DNA of 60,633 nt, counting the filler, from Sluysia triapertura (taxonomy: Eukaryota), in assembly GCA_046118255.1 (NCBI GenBank). It is 5 parts of 5 records of this genome, joined end to end, with 100 filler letters (N's around TTAATTAATTAA, not from the genome) between each part and the next. Parts side by side here need not be neighbours in the genome. Positions count along the whole stretch, not along the records: positions 49,609 to 60,633 come from JBJNIA010189997.1; 4 more parts are not named here. One strand, given 5' to 3'. Positions 55,502-60,633 of the stretch are shown here, piece by piece; within the stretch, counting starts at the first letter, position 1, and each line of letters opens with the position of its first letter. Made by a program: the position numbers and the translations under genes. A model generated the notes under the pieces. The model was not told the DNA's origin, ran no database searches, and was given only the letters and a program-made list of their open reading frames with translations.

Positions 55502-56845
55502 TGGTCATTATCTGTATTAAAATGAAAAGTGGGTGAGTTGTCCTTTTTCGAGTAACTATACCTATGATCAATAGAAAGATTATTACCACTAAAATAATGA
55601 TTATTTTAAAGACTATTAAAATATTGGAATATTAAAATGTGTAAAATAAATAAAAAATGTAAATGTTCAGTATATTTACTGTTTAAATGAATTAGTGCAA
55701 TTATATGTTTATCTTCACTTGGTAAAAAGTCTGGACAAATTGTAGAGGAATTCCCGTGACTTGTTCACGAAATGTCTAAATACTGAAGTTAAGTCTCGCC
55801 GGTCTAAGACAAATGAATTTTACACGAATATTGTTATCTATAATCTTAACTATTATTTCATTATTAAAATTACGAAATTTGAAATGTTTTGACCTAAATA
55901 TTTGTTCACTTAGCTGATGAAGTTATTATGATCAAAACTAATAAAGGTAACAATTTCTTATTGAACAATAATTCTATATTTCGTCCAAAAATAAGAATAT
56001 AGTATAGAATCCAAAATATGTAACAAAGAATGAATATTAGCAATAGTTATGTGGTCTTACTTATTTTGGGGGATGTTAATGTTAATTTTGAATGTCTGAT
56101 TACCATTGAATAATGTTACTATTTGGCCGAGTTTGGAAATAAGTTTGTTATCTATATTGAATTTTAAGAATGTAGTTTTATTAAAAGTTGTTCGCTTATT
56201 TAATATAAATTCAACTTTTGACGTCGTAGGAACAGAAATTCTTACGACTGACCAAAGATTGTTAACTCTATTGTTAAGTGATTTAAAATATATTATTTGA
56301 TTATTTATATTATTGTTTATACTTCTGATCTTTGCGAACACTATCTTACCTTTTTTATACAAATAATAAAAACTTTACAATAGACAAAACAATGGATTTT
56401 ATTAAATATATAATAATATATAAGTATACATTTCAAATTTTCATGTAATCTTAAACTTAGGATCATCGAGTTCTCCACTGCACTGCATTGTACTTCATGA
56501 GTCCATATTTCATATTTGCGGTCTGAAAAATGTAACATAATAAAATCATTAATTATATACAGACGATCAAAATTTACCGAACGTATTGTCATAACTCGAG
56601 TTTTGATGTATCTGCTTGCCAATATTAAAGTAAACTAAATGGCAACACCATTCCATGACAAACCGAATATAGTCGTCGAATAATGTGGCAATTTTGCCAT
56701 ATTCGCCATTGATCTAAACTTTATGTAGCTATCATTTTAATTAATTGTCGTAATATATCACGGCATTCGACATTCAAAAGTAGCCAAAATGTAATCACGC
56801 GATCTTCATCCACACCGCTATTGTTACAATATGAATACTTTACAT

Positions 56846-58062
56846 CTAACAGCATTTGTCTGACAGTGTCCATAATGCATTGTGATCAATCCACTGTAGT
56901 CCTTTATGAAACTTTAGTTTTGGCCAATGCTGACTACTGAATTCATTCAGCATTTCAGTACTCTGAGAAATAATGTCTAAGAAAATTGAAGTAGATTCAT
57001 GTTCTAATCTCAAGTATTCACTAACTGGCGAACTGTCTTTCATTGGTCGTGCAACACTTCCGTCATAATCGAATAATTCATTAGTACAATTCTCTTCGGC
57101 ACATTTATAAATCAATTTTATATATTCACTCCACAAAGTAATCAACAAACCTTTCGAATGAGTCGTTTGAAAAAAATAACGAGACACATTCTGAGCAATC
57201 AAAAATGATCTTTCTGATACCAATTTGTATAAGATGCGACTACAAGACATAAGTCGTATACTAGTTATTTCGCGATCGATTGAGCCATTAATGGAATTAA
57301 AATCAGTCAATTTTAATTGATAGCAATCACGAATTAATTTATCGTTTTTGTATTAAACAATGATCAATGATTATTTTGTATTATTCAATACTACGTAGTA
57401 TTTCCCAAAGATCATCGTGTGTAAATATAGACAATTCTGAGTGCGACAATACTATCGAATCAATTACTAAAATCAATTGTGATGGCAATAAATGAAATTT
57501 TTGTATATAATCATTCAAATTAAATTGATAACAATGTAAATACGCCTGAATAGTTGAACTATTAAGTACAAAACTCGATAATAAATGTAAATTATTAAAA
57601 CATATTCGTATATTTTTACAAAGACTATGTAAACATTCTAAACGGCAATCTGAAACAGCAGGTATGAAACTATATGCATTCTGTAAGTTATGCAATTCAT
57701 TGTATAAAACATCGATGCAATACAGTCATTGACTAATTTCAATTAGTTCTTTAATATTTGATTTATAAATATTAACTTTGTCATTTTCTAAAAGTAAAGT
57801 GTATTCTGTACTTAAATTACAAATATCATTCGATATAACATCAATTTTTGTTTCAAGAAATGTAACTCTTTTTAATATTTGACCATATGAATCCGTTAAT
57901 TCACCAAAACTTTCATTAACCTTTAATGGTAAGCATGATAACTGGTTTATGAACTTTAATGATCCAGCTTGAACAACATATTGTAAATTATTTTCAACAT
58001 TGGGTGTAAAAAAAAACGTTACTATCTAATGTAGGTTCAATACAACGATTCGCAAAAAGCAT
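56846..58062 (-). pseudogene. Decayed fragment: WAVE/SCAR-homology-domain-like N-terminus (58062 to ~57770) continuing into unidentified coding sequence
   Basis: MLFANRCIEP../..NNLQYVVQAGSLKFINQLSCL...SFGEL...ILKRVTFLETKIDVI versus WASF MPLVKRNIEP..NELECV..IIRQLSSL..IFGEL..RVNSLQERVD. Frameshift in an A9 run and later stops. Confidence 0.6.
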
Positions 58063-58177
58063 TTATTTTATTTGTTATGTCAATTTTTTAATCAAAACTT
58101 CTTTTTCATAAAAATTCTGATTTTAACAATTATGATTTTCATCAAGTAACTCAAATGAATGTTCATCTACAACGTGG

Positions 58178-58251
58178 TTGGTCATCCAATCAGAGCTTCC
58201 AAACAATATCAGAATATCAAACAATATTAGCTCTGATTGGGTGACAGCCAA
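58178..58251. repeat. Inverted repeat (17-bp arms, one mismatch, 31-nt spacer)
   Basis: GTCATCCAATCAGAGCT ... AGCTCTGATTGGGTGAC. Confidence 0.8.
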
Positions 58252-58929
58252 AAAGACAGACTTACACATAAAACTAGCGATTGCTGATGATTGACCAGCA
58301 TCAGTATTGACACAATGATGAATATTTTGATGAGCAGTATCAATACTAGTAATCGCAGCAACTATTTTGTATGATTTAAATAAAATTAGTAAAATTTAAA
58401 ATAGTAATAATAACAATGATGTTGTTATTATTATTAATATTATTCTTTTGAAAAAATTATTAGAATACTTAAATTTCTTTTATCATCCAACTCACAAGAT
58501 CTTCCTATCTTTATTCTTTAATTCTCGACATATAAAAAGACAAAACATTAAACAAAAATTGATAAAATTGAGTGAAATAGCAACGATAACAGGGTGCACT
58601 ATGCTCGAGTTACAGTTGTTATTTCATTGTATAAAACTGAATTCTTTAAAACTGTATAGGGTTGTCCTAAAATTCTTAATGATTTCTAACATATTAAAAT
58701 GAATTAAAACTGTATTTGGGACTAAATTTCTGATTAATAATTGTCTCGAAAGAATTGATAAATAAAATTACCCTTTAAAGATATAATACTTGATTTGAGT
58801 CGTAAAATGAAATAGAGAATGTTAGAATAAATTCTTAGATATTGATTGAGGTTTATAATTGAAATATCGTGGATAAAAGGCTTATTGTGAATATTGTAAT
58901 TTAGTAGATTTAAAAAGGGCAATTACAAT

Positions 58930-59486
58930 ACAACTCTTGGTATATTTAAGATGTTATTGTACGATGTTTTGTGTAATTAGTTTGTTTGATGTTTTTGATG
59001 TTGCACTGTGTTGTTGGTGATTATGCATAGACGAATAGTGAATTTAAAACATTGTAATTGATTCGAAAATGTGAAGTAGGTATTTTGTATGTTTCACGTA
59101 GATTTGCTGTTGTTATCAAATGGTGTTAAATGTAATTGTGGTTTATGTGTTATAAGTTTGTGACTGTGATTTAGTTTAAGCAAATAAACTATTAAATAAT
59201 ATTGAATATTAAGTAATTAAAGTATAGTGTAAAATGAAGGGTTCGAAAGTATTGAATGGATTATCTAGAATGTGTTTGTTGTTGGATTATTATGAATGTC
59301 GAGTACATGTTTTTGGTGGATTAGTTAATGTTGGGTGTAATTGTGATTTGGATGTTGTGGAATTGTGGATATGGATTGATTTTAAAAGGTATGTAAAAGA
59401 TGAATATATTAGTATTAAAGTATGGTAAAAGAAAAAAAATTTAATTTTTAATAAAATTTTAGTGGTTGTCAAGGTTGGCCACTACA
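58930..59486 (-). mobile_element. Possible LTR-like sequence of another family
   Basis: Begins TGTAGTGGCC on the minus strand and is strongly A/C-rich on that strand; far end unclear. Confidence 0.3.
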
Positions 59487-59859
59487 CTAGTTAATGAAAA
59501 TCGAATAATATCTTTTAAATTGTATGACTTAAGAAATTTTAAAATAAAGTTTAAATAAATCTTTTTACAATTAGATGAAGAGTAAGAATAAATACTAAAA
59601 CTATTTATAATCAACATATGTACGAAATCTAAAACTATGTTTAAAATCTGCTTTGTTGTCCCCTGGAGATGCCATTGGATATATTCAAAATCGATTCTAA
59701 AAAGATATAAAACAAAAAAACAATTCAAGTTGTAAAAATTCAAATAAAATATATAATATTTACCATTTTGTTCATCACCACAGACGTTCCTGAAATACTA
59801 GAGAACTTATAACACGAAACATCGTCAGGATAAAAGATTGAATTTCGCGCATAGAGTTT

Positions 59860-60104
59860 ATTTTCCAACGTTAATAACATATATTTTATCCTTTGACAGT
59901 GATCAATGAAACAGGCTGAATACTCGGGAATATTTCGAAATTCACTAATTGTATGAGAGTATACACAATCTTTGCCATATTTGCTACATTCTCCGGATTT
60001 CGTTGTTCGTACAAACAAAGACCAGCTTTGTAATATTTATGATCGCAAAGAAACTTAGAATAGTCTGTCATTAATCTTTCATTACGAATGCCTCTCTTTT
60101 TCAT
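59860..60104 (-). pseudogene. Unkempt-like CCCH zinc-finger fragment, frameshifted
   Basis: DHKYYKAGLCLYEQ/KSGECSKYGKDCVYSH..SEFR versus recalled UNK HLRYYKTGICIHETDSKGNCTKNGLHCAFAH..DLR. Confidence 0.55.
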
Positions 60105-60633
60105 GATATAAGAATTGTGGAAATTTAGTTAAGTAATTAAATTAAATTAAGAATTATCTTAACGTGAGTCCTCTATGATACTGGACTTATTCATTTAAGA
60201 GCCAGCACACAGATTTTGCAGCTTTAAAGAAAGTTAAGGATTGGAGGTCTTTACTTGTGTTATTTTGAATTTTGGTAAAGTGTGAAGCCTATCTAATATG
60301 AGACTCTTTTTAAAAATAATCCCGTCAAAAAATTATTATTCTGACTGATTAAAATTTATTCTACACGAATACTAATAAAAGATAAAACAATAAATACAAA
60401 AGTTTATTAAAATAACAAATGAATAGGTATAAACTTGCTTATAAAATAATAATTAGAAAAAATGTTTATAATACACAATGTGTCTAGACAAAAAAGATAT
60501 AAATCAAAGTTTTCAAACGTAGTTAATCTGGTTAATAATATTAATTTTTATGTTGCAAACGTTACTTTACTGAGTAGCGTTTGATAATACTTTATGTAAT
60601 ACGAAAATTTACTTAGTGTGTTAAGAAATTTAA

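Noticed and set aside
58280-58340. Hammerhead ribozyme (CTGATGA core)
   Set aside because: No correctly placed GAAA and stem II/III arrangement found by eye.

Overview
Very AT-rich metazoan DNA, probably an invertebrate with some very short introns; the taxon cannot be fixed from sequence alone. The window is five separate contigs joined by artificial 100-bp linkers (N44-TTAATTAATTAA-N44), so adjacency across 10928, 25799, 36888 and 49509 has no biological meaning. Intron-containing genes, all partial: EPG5-like (4 exons, minus), DDX19/DBP5 (4 exons, plus), HERC3/4-like (2 exons, minus) and one diflavin-reductase exon. The rest is decayed transposons (pogo/Tigger, Tc1/mariner, TTAA MITEs, L2/CR1-type LINE, RLE non-LTR element, Gypsy integrase, a tRNA-Ala-derived repeat) plus a dense set of decayed, intronless fragments of unrelated host genes (SF3B3, MIER-type ELM2, PDE2, MBD2/3, KANK, TTBK, WAVE, Unkempt). 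Two signals stand out. First, one TG-initiated LTR-like repeat family lies in sense orientation 5' of three different processed gene fragments (PDE2, KANK, TTBK), inside strand-co-oriented arrays of such fragments; this is a candidate mRNA-capture system. Second, the 3' end of an RLE-type retrotransposon splits a tRNA-Ala-derived element. All protein identities come from motifs recognised by eye; no database search was run.
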